DNA of 40,524 bases. Source: a virus. The stretch lies in IMG/VR virus record IMGVR_UViG_3300045988_037302. The stretch is one strand, 5' to 3'. Below the pieces are notes generated by a model, which saw only the letters and a list, made by a program, of their open reading frames with translations, did not search any database and was not told the DNA's origin. Shown piece after piece: positions 6,880 through 15,304 of the stretch (within the stretch, counting starts at the first letter, position 1; each line of letters begins with the position of its first letter). A program made the position numbers and the translations under genes.

Positions 6880-8331
6880 ATGGGATTATTAGCAGCAATT
6901 AAAGGATTAGTGAGTAGAATGTTCCAATCAGAGATGCAGGATCAGTTCCATGTGACTGGTATTACATCCGGTGATATGCAGAAAGCAATACAGAATTGGA
7001 TGCTGATCTATAAAGGAGAGTCGGATTGGGTAGACCCAGAAGAGGGTATCAGGACAATTAAATTTGCAAAGTTTGTGTGTGAGGAAATCGCACGCCTTGC
7101 TACGCTTGCTATAGATGTGACGTTTGATGGAACAAGGAAAGAGTATATGACACAGTTCTGGGAGAAATCTGTACATGATCATATCCGGGAGTGGACTGGC
7201 ACCATGTGTGAATGTGGAACGGTCATTCTTAAACCGAATGGTGTTGGTGTGGACGTTGTAACGCCAGACCGATTTGAGATCACAGAGCTAGATGGAAACC
7301 ACAATATAACCGGTATTGTATTCCAAGATGATTACCAAGAGGGCAAAGAGCATTACACTAAGCTGGAATATCACAGATTCTTTAATGCAAAGGTACGTAT
7401 GACAGATGAAGAGAAGTATACAGATAAAACGTTTTATTCCATCTCGAATAGAGCATTTGTGTCGGAAAATTCCGGGGAACTTGGAAAACCTGTTGATCTG
7501 ACCATGACAAAGTGGTCTGCTTTGCAGCCGGATGTGCATATAACAAAGAAGAGCGGAGACCAGATTGACTCGATGCTGTTTGGACTGTTCCGGATGCCAT
7601 CTACAAATGATGTGGATCCAAAAAGCCCGCTTGGATTATCAGCATTTGCAGATGCTATCGAGGAGTTAAAAGATTTGGATATAGCATACAGCCGGAATGC
7701 AGAAGAAATCTTCGACAGCAGGCGATTGGTAATGGTGGACGATCGGTTGGTACAGAAGCCGGCATACAGGGATGAAAAGGGTGTGACTGTAAGACCAAAA
7801 GTGAAGCTGCCTAAGTTTTTTAGAGCAATGTCCGGGATGGACGCGGAAGAAACATACCACGAAGTCAACCCTCAGCTCAATACAGATGTAAGAAAAAGTG
7901 GAATCAATCAGCAGCTATCCCTTACCGGAGTAAAGTGTGGATTCTCAAACGGTTATTTTGTTATAGATGAAAAAACAGGAATGATAACAGCAACACAGGT
8001 GGAGTCAGATGATAGACGAACTATTCAGCTCATCAAAGACGTACGGGATGCAATGCAGGACTGCCTTGATGATTTGTTCTATGCGCAATCTGTATTTGCG
8101 GATTTGTACGGTCTTGCACCGGTTGGTGATTATGAGCCACAGTATGACTTCGGGGACATTACATACAATGAGGAAGAGGACAGAATGAGAAACCTCACAC
8201 TCGCCAACTCCGGATATATTCCAAAGTGGCAGTATTTGGTCAGATTCGAAGGGTATTCAGAGGAAGATGCAAAGGCGGCTGTTGCAGAAGCAAGCGGATC
8301 ACAAGAAAAAGGATTATTCAACGAGGAATAG
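6880..8331 (+). CDS. Portal protein
   Basis: 483 aa, directly after TerL. Size and position are typical of SPP1/HK97-style portals. Confidence 0.75.
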   Translation: MGLLAAIKGLVSRMFQSEMQDQFHVTGITSGDMQKAIQNWMLIYKGESDWVDPEEGIRTIKFAKFVCEEIARLATLAIDVTFDGTRKEYMTQFWEKSVHDHIREWTGTMCECGTVILKPNGVGVDVVTPDRFEITELDGNHNITGIVFQDDYQEGKEHYTKLEYHRFFNAKVRMTDEEKYTDKTFYSISNRAFVSENSGELGKPVDLTMTKWSALQPDVHITKKSGDQIDSMLFGLFRMPSTNDVDPKSPLGLSAFADAIEELKDLDIAYSRNAEEIFDSRRLVMVDDRLVQKPAYRDEKGVTVRPKVKLPKFFRAMSGMDAEETYHEVNPQLNTDVRKSGINQQLSLTGVKCGFSNGYFVIDEKTGMITATQVESDDRRTIQLIKDVRDAMQDCLDDLFYAQSVFADLYGLAPVGDYEPQYDFGDITYNEEEDRMRNLTLANSGYIPKWQYLVRFEGYSEEDAKAAVAEASGSQEKGLFNEE

Positions 8332-8333
8332 AC

Positions 8334-8741
8334 ATGCAGTATAACCAAACTGTGGGATGCGCAGATATCCACATAGACACCAAAAGAATAGATAATAATA
8401 TACGGAATGCACAGAAACTGTTGAATATGCAGGTGGTTGCAGACTGCGACGAGTACATACCAATGGCGCAGGGAGCCTTGCGTGGATCGGCAAATTATCC
8501 AGATGGAATATATGGCGGACAGGTGGCATGGAATACCACATATGCACATTACCAGTATATGGGCGAATTGTATCTGACAGAAGACGGTCGATCTTTTGCG
8601 AATAAAGGCGAGAGAAAATACCCTACAGGGATGCCACTTCAACATACTCCTGGAACTACAGACCATTGGTTCGAGCGGGCGAAGGAAACACACGGAAAAC
8701 AATGGCTTGAACTGGTAAAACGAGAGGCAGGAAAAGGATAG
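8334..8741 (+). CDS. Putative minor capsid / head-morphogenesis accessory protein
   Basis: GAGGA RBS precedes ATG 8334 (the track start at 8226 overlaps the portal gene). Located between the portal and the gp7/F-like gene. Call is based on position. Confidence 0.4.
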   Translation: MQYNQTVGCADIHIDTKRIDNNIRNAQKLLNMQVVADCDEYIPMAQGALRGSANYPDGIYGGQVAWNTTYAHYQYMGELYLTEDGRSFANKGERKYPTGMPLQHTPGTTDHWFERAKETHGKQWLELVKREAGKG

Positions 8742-9983
8742 ATGCTTACACCAGATTACTTTTATGGAAAATCTGACAAGTTAATAGAGATGTACCAGGA
8801 GTTGGAAGATTGGATACTACATGACATTGCCATGCGTTTGGTGGAATCCGAGAGCCTATCCGGAACCGCAGACCGCGAACTGTGGAAACTTCAGCAGATG
8901 GGATTGCACCGGCAGGAAATTGTAAAACGCATTTCGGAGTTGACAGGCAAGAGCCGGAATGAAGTGCGCCGGTTGTTGCGAGAGAGTGTGCTCACTTCAT
9001 TTTCGGACGATAAGGGTGTACTTGAAGGGCTGGCAGATGTACAACCGCCGTTGCAGAATAACATGGTGATTGCTGCAATGAATGCTGAACTGATGAAGAC
9101 ATTCGGAGAGTTGAGCAATCTTACAAACACAACCATAGACCAATCGCAACGGGATCTGCTGAACCTTCTGAACGAAGTAGATTTTCGTGTGGCGAGTGGG
9201 TTGCAGTCCTACAGTAGTGCTATATGCGAGGTATTGGATCGGTATGCAGAAAACGGTATGCGTGTGGATTATCCAACCGGTTCCCGGAGATCGTTGGAAG
9301 CAGCTGTTCGCTGTTGCATAGTGACTTCGATGAATCAGACAGCCGCACAGGTTACGAATAAGTATATTGTGGAAGCTGGGGCAGAATATGTTCTGGTGTC
9401 CGCGCATATGGGTGCACGGCATGACAAGAATAACCCTACAGGATTGCAGTCTCACGATTGGTGGCAAGGAAAAATATACAAGATTCGTGGTTCTGATACG
9501 GATACACCGAATCTTCTCGAATCTACCGGATATGATATAGATCCGCAGACCGGAGAGGGACATGTGGTTAATCCTCTGGGATTGCATGGATATAATTGCC
9601 GGCACTCACACAAACCGTGGGATAAGTCTTTGCGCAATCCATATGTGGATGCAGACGGAAACCCCAAAATTGATGTGCATGAGAGCCAGCAGCTATATGA
9701 TCTTCAGCAACAGCAAAGGGCAATGGAGCGCGCTATCCGAAAAACAAAACGGCAGTTACTTGTGAAAGAACAGGAGCTGAAAGCGTTTCCTGATGATGAG
9801 AACATCCGTGGAGATTATGATAAGCTGGCATACAGACTCCGGATGCAGAACCGGAAGTATGGAGAATTCTGTGCAGAGAATGACTTGCAACGGCAGAGCG
9901 ACCGCGTAAAGGTTGCCGGATTTAAAAAGCCTCAGGCAGCCAAGGCAAACGGCAGAGCCACGGCATATGCAAACACACTTTAA
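8742..9983 (+). CDS. Minor head protein (SPP1 gp7 / Mu F-like head morphogenesis protein)
   Basis: 413 aa, downstream of the portal. The N-terminus MLTPDYFYGKSDKLIEMYQELEDWILHDIAMRL is typical of this family as I recall it. Confidence 0.6.
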   Translation: MLTPDYFYGKSDKLIEMYQELEDWILHDIAMRLVESESLSGTADRELWKLQQMGLHRQEIVKRISELTGKSRNEVRRLLRESVLTSFSDDKGVLEGLADVQPPLQNNMVIAAMNAELMKTFGELSNLTNTTIDQSQRDLLNLLNEVDFRVASGLQSYSSAICEVLDRYAENGMRVDYPTGSRRSLEAAVRCCIVTSMNQTAAQVTNKYIVEAGAEYVLVSAHMGARHDKNNPTGLQSHDWWQGKIYKIRGSDTDTPNLLESTGYDIDPQTGEGHVVNPLGLHGYNCRHSHKPWDKSLRNPYVDADGNPKIDVHESQQLYDLQQQQRAMERAIRKTKRQLLVKEQELKAFPDDENIRGDYDKLAYRLRMQNRKYGEFCAENDLQRQSDRVKVAGFKKPQAAKANGRATAYANTL

Positions 9984-10074
9984 ATTGGCACAAATATTCG
10001 GAGGAAATGTAGTAATATAATATTGCAGATGTTTTCTAACCATTTGTGAACCTCATTTTTATTCATAATCGTGG

Positions 10075-10104
10075 AAAGTGCCTTGAAATATAGGCACTTT
10101 TTTG
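10075..10104 (+). terminator. Intrinsic terminator ending the packaging/portal operon
   Basis: aaagtgcct-tgaaatat-aggcacttt (9-bp stem) running into a T tract. Confidence 0.75.
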
Positions 10105-10112
10105 TATGCTCA

Positions 10113-10149
10113 AAATTGGTACAAATCTTTAATAATTCCATGATAAAAT
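10113..10149 (+). promoter_or_regulatory. Late-promoter-like element, copy 2 (AAATTGGTACAAAT-N17-TAAAAT)
   Basis: Same box and same 17-nt spacing as copies 1 and 3. Immediately follows a terminator. Confidence 0.6.
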
Positions 10150-10228
10150 TGTATTAACAAGTGAAAAGCACCGGACGGAGCGCAGGAATCCGTTCGCTAC
10201 CCTACAAAAATTATAGGATGGTCGATAT

Positions 10229-10260
10229 GGCACGTCCTGTTTGGGGCGTGCCTTTTTATT
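10229..10260 (+). terminator. Intrinsic terminator inside the leader between late-promoter copy 2 and the scaffold gene
   Basis: ggcacg-tcctgtttgggg-cgtgcc followed by tttttatttgtttttt. Preceded by a second hairpin cggacgga...tccgttcg (about 10171-10196). Confidence 0.65.
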
Positions 10261-10346
10261 TGTTTTTTGCCAGCTATGGAGTAAATAGCAACTCACTTGT
10301 GCCGGACTGACCGGAGCAACAACTTGGAAAGAGAGAGGTAAGAGAC

Positions 10347-10958
10347 ATGGTAAAGATTATCAGCGAGTTGGAAAAAATTGGGTTTGATATCACGGACGAA
10401 CAGAAGGAATCTATCAAGAAGAGTATTGGTGAGGAATTGTATTCCAAGCAGGAACTTGATAAGAAGATCTCGAAAGTTGAAACCGAGCGTGACAACTACA
10501 AAAAGCGCGCAGATACCGCGGAGGACACCTTGAAGGGGTTCGAGGGCAAAGATTTTGACGAAATCACGAAAGATCGTGACGAGTGGAAAAGAAAAGCGGA
10601 ACAGGCAGAAAAAGATTTCAATGCCAAAATTGCCGAGCGCGATAAAAACGATTTGTTGGAAAAGGCTTTCAAGGATATTAAATTTTCTTCTGAATCTGCA
10701 AAGAAAGCTGTTATGGCAGACATTGCAGCAAGCGTGACGGTGAAGGACGGGAAACTGATCGGTTTTAATGATTTGCTGGATGAAGCAAAAAAGAATGATG
10801 CAGGCGCATTTATTGACGAGCAGAGCCGGCAGAGCGATCAGAATCAGGCAACATTTACTACACCGATGGGAAGCGGTACTCATACCGAGCCGATTACTGG
10901 TGATCCGAATAAGATGGATTTTGCTACGTACAAGAAGTGGCGTGAGCAGAATCAGTAA
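10347..10958 (+). CDS. Scaffolding protein
   Basis: Highly charged K/E-rich protein that looks coiled-coil, directly upstream of the major capsid gene. RBS gagagagg. Confidence 0.7.
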   Translation: MVKIISELEKIGFDITDEQKESIKKSIGEELYSKQELDKKISKVETERDNYKKRADTAEDTLKGFEGKDFDEITKDRDEWKRKAEQAEKDFNAKIAERDKNDLLEKAFKDIKFSSESAKKAVMADIAASVTVKDGKLIGFNDLLDEAKKNDAGAFIDEQSRQSDQNQATFTTPMGSGTHTEPITGDPNKMDFATYKKWREQNQ

Positions 10959-10977
10959 TTTTTTGAGGAGGAATATT

Positions 10978-12069
10978 ATGGCAAACAAAATTTTAACACC
11001 GCAGATTATTGCAAATGAAGCATTGATGGTACTGCAGAGCAACCTTACAATGGCGAATCTTGTACATAGAGATTATTCCGGCGAGTTTGTAAAGGTTGGA
11101 GATACCATCACTGTACGAAAACCGGCTACGTTTGTGGCTAAGAACTTTACGGGACAGACAGAAGCGCAGGACATTACAGAGGGTTCTGTAACCGTTAAGA
11201 TGGACCGATTCAGAGATATCACGGTCAATGTTGGGTCTAAAGAAATGACATTAGACATTAAAAACTTCTCTGAGCAGGTGATAACACCAGCAATGCAGGC
11301 TATGGCACAACAGATTGATGCGGATCTTCTGGCAGTAGGCATTTCTAAGGCTGGAAAGAAAGCAACTGTATCTAAGACACCGACCATTACGGATATCGCA
11401 GGCGTAGGTAAAGCACTGGATCAGGCAAAAGCCCCACGTACAGACAGACGATTAGTCCTTCCGCCGACTATTCTGTACCAGTACAACACACTGGACAATT
11501 TTGCAAAACAGTGCTACAAGGGCGATTCTATTGCCTTGAAAGAGTCTGAAATTGGCAAGGTTTACACCTGCGAAACTTTCATGTCGCAGAACTGCCCGGA
11601 AAATCAGAATGATAAGGCAGGAACAGCTACTTCATACAAAGTAGCAGGAACCAAGGATGCCACTCAGTTCACAGTATCTTCTGGAAAGGCAGAAACCGCA
11701 ACCATTAACAAGGGAGATCAGCTGATTGTTAACGGATATCTGTATACTGTTACCGACAATGTGACACTTTCCGGTGGTGCTGGAACTGTAAAAGTGGATC
11801 AGAACATTCCGGAAACTGTAGCTGAAACAGACGCGTTTGTCGTAAGCAAGGCACACGCTCTTGGATTCCACAGAAATGGTCTTGCACTTGTAACACGTAA
11901 CCTTGAACTGCCGATGGGCAACAAGAACGCTTACATTGCATCTGCCGATGGCTTGGGTGTTCGTGTTGTATTCGATTACGACTCTGACCATAAGAAGGAC
12001 AAGATCTCTTTTGATATCATTTACGGCATCAAGGAACTCAACGAGAACCTGCTTGTTGACTTTTCATAA
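10978..12069 (+). CDS. Major capsid protein
   Basis: GAGGAGG RBS precedes ATG 10978 (the track start at 10768 overlaps the scaffold gene). 363 aa. The MANKILTPQIIANEALMVLQSNL N-terminus is typical of P22-coat-like Firmicutes phage capsid proteins. Follows the scaffold gene. Confidence 0.8.
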   Translation: MANKILTPQIIANEALMVLQSNLTMANLVHRDYSGEFVKVGDTITVRKPATFVAKNFTGQTEAQDITEGSVTVKMDRFRDITVNVGSKEMTLDIKNFSEQVITPAMQAMAQQIDADLLAVGISKAGKKATVSKTPTITDIAGVGKALDQAKAPRTDRRLVLPPTILYQYNTLDNFAKQCYKGDSIALKESEIGKVYTCETFMSQNCPENQNDKAGTATSYKVAGTKDATQFTVSSGKAETATINKGDQLIVNGYLYTVTDNVTLSGGAGTVKVDQNIPETVAETDAFVVSKAHALGFHRNGLALVTRNLELPMGNKNAYIASADGLGVRVVFDYDSDHKKDKISFDIIYGIKELNENLLVDFS

Positions 12070-12085
12070 GGAAAGGGGATTTCTG

Positions 12086-12493
12086 ATGGGATATACCACA
12101 TATGACTTCTACAAAGAAAAATACTATGGGGATTCTATCGAGGAATCCCTTTTCCCCAAGTGGGAAGATCGTGCATCTGACAAGTTGGATCAGTTGACCT
12201 ACGGGCGTATTGATGCTGCTGCAAAGGAAGAGTTTGACGAGAAAATACAGAAAGCCACCTGTGCACTAGCAGATCTGCTCTATAAGATCGACTTCAAAAC
12301 CAATCATGCGAATGATCCACAGGAGGGCAATGTAAAGTCCATGTCTTCGGGCGGTCAGTCGATCAGCTTTGGGACAAATGAAACTTTGGTGGATAAGGTG
12401 CTGAATGACAAGGTGGCACAGAATCGGTTGTGTTACGACACGGTATGCGAATACCTGTCCGGTACCGGATTACTTTATGCGGGGGTGATGTGA
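12086..12493 (+). CDS. Head-tail connector/adaptor protein (gp6-like)
   Basis: AAGGGGA RBS precedes ATG 12086. It is the first gene after the capsid gene. Size (135 aa) and position support the call. Confidence 0.5.
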   Translation: MGYTTYDFYKEKYYGDSIEESLFPKWEDRASDKLDQLTYGRIDAAAKEEFDEKIQKATCALADLLYKIDFKTNHANDPQEGNVKSMSSGGQSISFGTNETLVDKVLNDKVAQNRLCYDTVCEYLSGTGLLYAGVM

Positions 12494-12627
12494 TGTTTTT
12501 AAAGAGATTATTTTGCAAGCACAAAATGATGCCGTATGCGTACATGGACGTTCGCACCCACGGCAACCATTACGTCTGGAAACATATCTGGAAATGTACG
12601 AAATGTGGGAAGGAGAGTTGCCACTGA
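12493..12627 (+). CDS. Cys/His-rich micro-protein (44 aa)
   Basis: ATGA-type overlaps at both ends. Sequence MFLKRLFCKHKMMPYAYMDVRTHGNHYVWKHIWKCTKCGKESCH carries a CxxC and several His residues. Confidence 0.35.
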   Translation: MFLKRLFCKHKMMPYAYMDVRTHGNHYVWKHIWKCTKCGKESCH

Positions 12628-13067
12628 TGGGGCTTGGATTGTTTTACAACGACAAAGTTACGCTGTTTAACTACTTCTGCGATCCAGATACCGAGGAAGA
12701 AAAGTGTTATCTGACCTTATTGGAGAATGTGAACCTTGTGGAAACCAAGGGCGCGAATGTAACCAAGAGCGGCATGGATAGCGCGGATGCTGTGAAGCTG
12801 TATATCGATTTTGCCCGCCTTGGCAAAATGGGGAAACCATACATGGAGCCGAAAGCGTGGGATGCACTTCCGGACGATGAGAAGTCGAACTATATCACGT
12901 TCCACCCGACAGATGATTTTTTCATCAAAGGCGATCATACCGACTTGGAGATTCCAGAATCAGAAGCCTATGGATGGGCACATGACAATCTGGATTCTGT
13001 ATACAAAGTAACGACGGTAGACCGGTATGAGGACATCATGCCGCATTTTGAGGTTGGAGGTGTGTAA
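12627..13067 (+). CDS. Head-closure / neck protein (position-based)
   Basis: Translationally coupled ORF between the connector and the tail genes. Confidence 0.4.
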   Translation: MGLGLFYNDKVTLFNYFCDPDTEEEKCYLTLLENVNLVETKGANVTKSGMDSADAVKLYIDFARLGKMGKPYMEPKAWDALPDDEKSNYITFHPTDDFFIKGDHTDLEIPESEAYGWAHDNLDSVYKVTTVDRYEDIMPHFEVGGV

Positions 13068-13523
13068 TTGGAAGAGGTAGAGAAACTTACCATAAAAGAC
13101 GCGGAAAGTGCGCAGAATGCGGTGCTGGATCTGATTTTGCAGTATCCGGACTTTCCCAAGACGTTTAAGGCAAGCAATAAAAACGTGAAGTGGAACAGTA
13201 TCAACACTGATACTTCCATCGGAATTTACCCGCTGTCCGGTGCGCGGTATATAAAGAAATATGTGAGTGGCAGCTATACAGCACAGATGCCATTCCAGAT
13301 TGTATACCGAAGTTCCCCGACAAGCAACAAAACATCCATTGATGCACAGATGGTTCTGGAGAATTTGAGCAAATGGCTGGAAGATACCGGGATTGAATTT
13401 GCTGATCCACACATGACATTACAGGAAATCGCACGTACATCTGTAGTCCTGCCAATTATGCAGGATGAAAAACAGATGGGATACGGCGTAAATATGCAAC
13501 TTATATATTTTTACAAAAAATAA
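13068..13523 (+). CDS. Neck / tail-completion protein (position-based)
   Basis: TTG start directly after the upstream stop. 151 aa, immediately upstream of the major tail gene. Confidence 0.4.
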   Translation: MEEVEKLTIKDAESAQNAVLDLILQYPDFPKTFKASNKNVKWNSINTDTSIGIYPLSGARYIKKYVSGSYTAQMPFQIVYRSSPTSNKTSIDAQMVLENLSKWLEDTGIEFADPHMTLQEIARTSVVLPIMQDEKQMGYGVNMQLIYFYKK

Positions 13524-13538
13524 CAGGAGGAAATACAC

Positions 13539-14039
13539 ATGGCATTAGATCGTACCAACATGGTGTCCTTATTAGACATCGGAACGCTTACAGGCTCTGC
13601 AGAGAAAATTGCGGAGATGGGCGATGGATTCATAGAGATCACAGAAGATCTGGGACCCAACACAGAATCCAAACAGTATGTAAATATGAAAAATGCATCT
13701 AATACAGTAAAGGGGTATGCGCTCTCCATGACACCATCCCGTGAATATCTGTCTGATGAGATGCAGAAATGTATTGACACGCTTTTTAAAACTCTGCCTA
13801 CTGGTGAGAAGTGCAATACAAATTATTACCGTTTCTACAAAACAGATATTACAGGTGGAACAGGTGATTGTATGCGGTTTCCTGTGACGGTGTGCCCGTC
13901 CAGTACCGGTGGCGCCGGAGGGGATGCACATACATCCTCGATCCAGATCAACGGGAATGGAGATCCGGAGCTTGGAACAATCACTATCGGTCCGGATGGC
14001 TCTTTCACTTGGAAGAAAAAGGATGCTGATAAAAAATAG
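13539..14039 (+). CDS. Major tail protein
   Basis: AGGAGG RBS. 166 aa. Located just before the chaperone pair and the tape measure, and followed by a strong hairpin, as is common for highly expressed tail tube genes. Confidence 0.6.
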   Translation: MALDRTNMVSLLDIGTLTGSAEKIAEMGDGFIEITEDLGPNTESKQYVNMKNASNTVKGYALSMTPSREYLSDEMQKCIDTLFKTLPTGEKCNTNYYRFYKTDITGGTGDCMRFPVTVCPSSTGGAGGDAHTSSIQINGNGDPELGTITIGPDGSFTWKKKDADKK

Positions 14040-14062
14040 GTGTTAATTAAAATTAACATATT

Positions 14063-14103
14063 CGGGGTGCGTACCTCTCTTTCGCGCCCCGGATTAAGAG
14101 AGG
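14063..14103 (+). promoter_or_regulatory. Pseudoknot-capable RNA structure overlapping the Shine-Dalgarno of the next gene
   Basis: S1: cggggtgcg (14063-71) pairs with cgcgccccg (14083-91). S2: loop cctctctt (14074-81) pairs with aagagagg (14096-14103), which is the SD for ATG 14114. Confidence 0.4.
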
Positions 14104-14113
14104 ATGGTAATTT

Positions 14114-14686
14114 ATGGCAGATATTAAAAATATTTCTTTTGATAATGGAATTAAGAAAATCGAAGTGAATGACGTGGACGGGAACCATATCACAACACTT
14201 TTGATCAATACGGCGGATGCGGCCACAGTAAAGAGATTTGTGGAGCTGGCCAATAATCTGGAAGATGTAGTCAATTCCGGCGAGGATAAGATTGCAGTCT
14301 ACAAAGAAAAGTACAAGGAATATGAACATAAAGAGTTTGATGATCTTCCGGACGATGTGAAAACGAATATTATCGTGGATGCTTCGGACATGCACATTGG
14401 TATTCTGGAAGGAATGATTCGGGAAATTGATGCACTGTTTGGAAAAGATACCATTAAAAATGTTTTCCATGAGTGCTATGAACTGAATGAGAATTTCGTG
14501 CCGGATGAAGATGCTCTGGTAGATTTCGTGAACACTGTAATGCCGGTGATGAACGAATTATTTAAAACGAGAACAGAAGCAATCCACAGGAAGTATTCTC
14601 CGAACCGTAAAGCACGGAGAAACAGACACAACAAGGGCAAAAACCAGTTAATTCATGAACATAAGGACACAAAGAAGAATGAATAA
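14114..14686 (+). CDS. Tail assembly chaperone (gpG-position protein)
   Basis: Acidic 190-aa protein between the major tail gene and the tape measure. Confidence 0.5.
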   Translation: MADIKNISFDNGIKKIEVNDVDGNHITTLLINTADAATVKRFVELANNLEDVVNSGEDKIAVYKEKYKEYEHKEFDDLPDDVKTNIIVDASDMHIGILEGMIREIDALFGKDTIKNVFHECYELNENFVPDEDALVDFVNTVMPVMNELFKTRTEAIHRKYSPNRKARRNRHNKGKNQLIHEHKDTKKNE

Positions 14687-15296
14687 TGTTTTTCTCGATG
14701 ATCTGCCGGAAGAGTGGCACGGGTACAAAGTGAATACAGATTTTACGATTGGCATCCAGATGCTGCAGGCGAAATATGATCGCGCACTGACGGATTATGA
14801 GAAAAGCGATATGTTCGTGTGGCTCATGTTTGCCGAGGGGGATGAGAACGGGGAAGAGTATCTTCGAGATCATCCACAGGGGAAAAATCTTGGCGAATGT
14901 GTAGAGTGGTTCCTTTCCGGATGGTTCCATGATAACCCGGACCCGGACGGGGACAAGACACGCGTGGTTGACTACGATGTTGACCAATGGCGCATTTATG
15001 CTGACTTCCGGCAGATCTACGGTATAGATCTTGCCACCACGGATATGCACTGGTGGATGTTCTGCGGTCTGCTTTGGAATATGCCGTACAAGCTATCCAG
15101 TTTTTTACAGGTGGTATCGAAGCGGCAGGAGAAGCCCGACAACAATACATCGGCAGAATATCGCAAGGCATTGCGCAAGGCACAGAAGATCTATGCATTG
15201 GATCAGCCGGAAGAAAAGAGAGAGTACACGGCAGAAGAAAAAGCCAAAATTGACGATTATGATCGCATGATGGCAGAAATTCGCGGCAGAAAGTAG
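14679..15296 (+). CDS. Gp15-family tail assembly protein
   Basis: MNNVFLDDLPEEWHGYKVNTDFTIGIQMLQ matches my recollection of the Phage_Gp15 N-terminus (l.d.lP...g..y.i.tdFR). Lies immediately upstream of the TMP. I prefer ATG 14679 to the track start at 14655. Confidence 0.55.
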   Translation: MNNVFLDDLPEEWHGYKVNTDFTIGIQMLQAKYDRALTDYEKSDMFVWLMFAEGDENGEEYLRDHPQGKNLGECVEWFLSGWFHDNPDPDGDKTRVVDYDVDQWRIYADFRQIYGIDLATTDMHWWMFCGLLWNMPYKLSSFLQVVSKRQEKPDNNTSAEYRKALRKAQKIYALDQPEEKREYTAEEKAKIDDYDRMMAEIRGRK

Positions 15297-15304
15297 GTGA
15301 GCGG

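Noticed and set aside
9745-9758. aaacggcagtt inside the minor head gene matches 11 nt of the fibre IR core, so it could be a third recombination site.
   Set aside because: It lacks the flanking TTTAAA arms and the dyad symmetry. An 11-nt chance match is plausible in 40 kb, and recombination there would destroy essential genes.
10293-11042. Long minus-strand ORFs overlapping + strand structural genes. Examples: 10293-11042, 13835-14470, 15607-16248, 16918-17514, 17524-17985, 8130-8702, 8997-9605, 29002-29673, 23729-24283 and 24060-24635.
   Set aside because: Each lies fully antisense to a + strand gene that has recognisable motifs, an RBS or a coupled start. Their translations are low-complexity or Cys/Ser/Phe-rich shadow frames without RBSs. 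I treat them as non-coding.
14633-14686. Possible programmed frameshift linking the two chaperone ORFs (gpG/gpGT style).
   Set aside because: The downstream frame is +1/-2 relative to the upstream one, not -1. No X XXY YYZ slippery heptamer sits in the overlap (ggcaaaaac is out of phase). The second ORF has its own ATG (14679) with an upstream aagga. Two separate genes are more likely.
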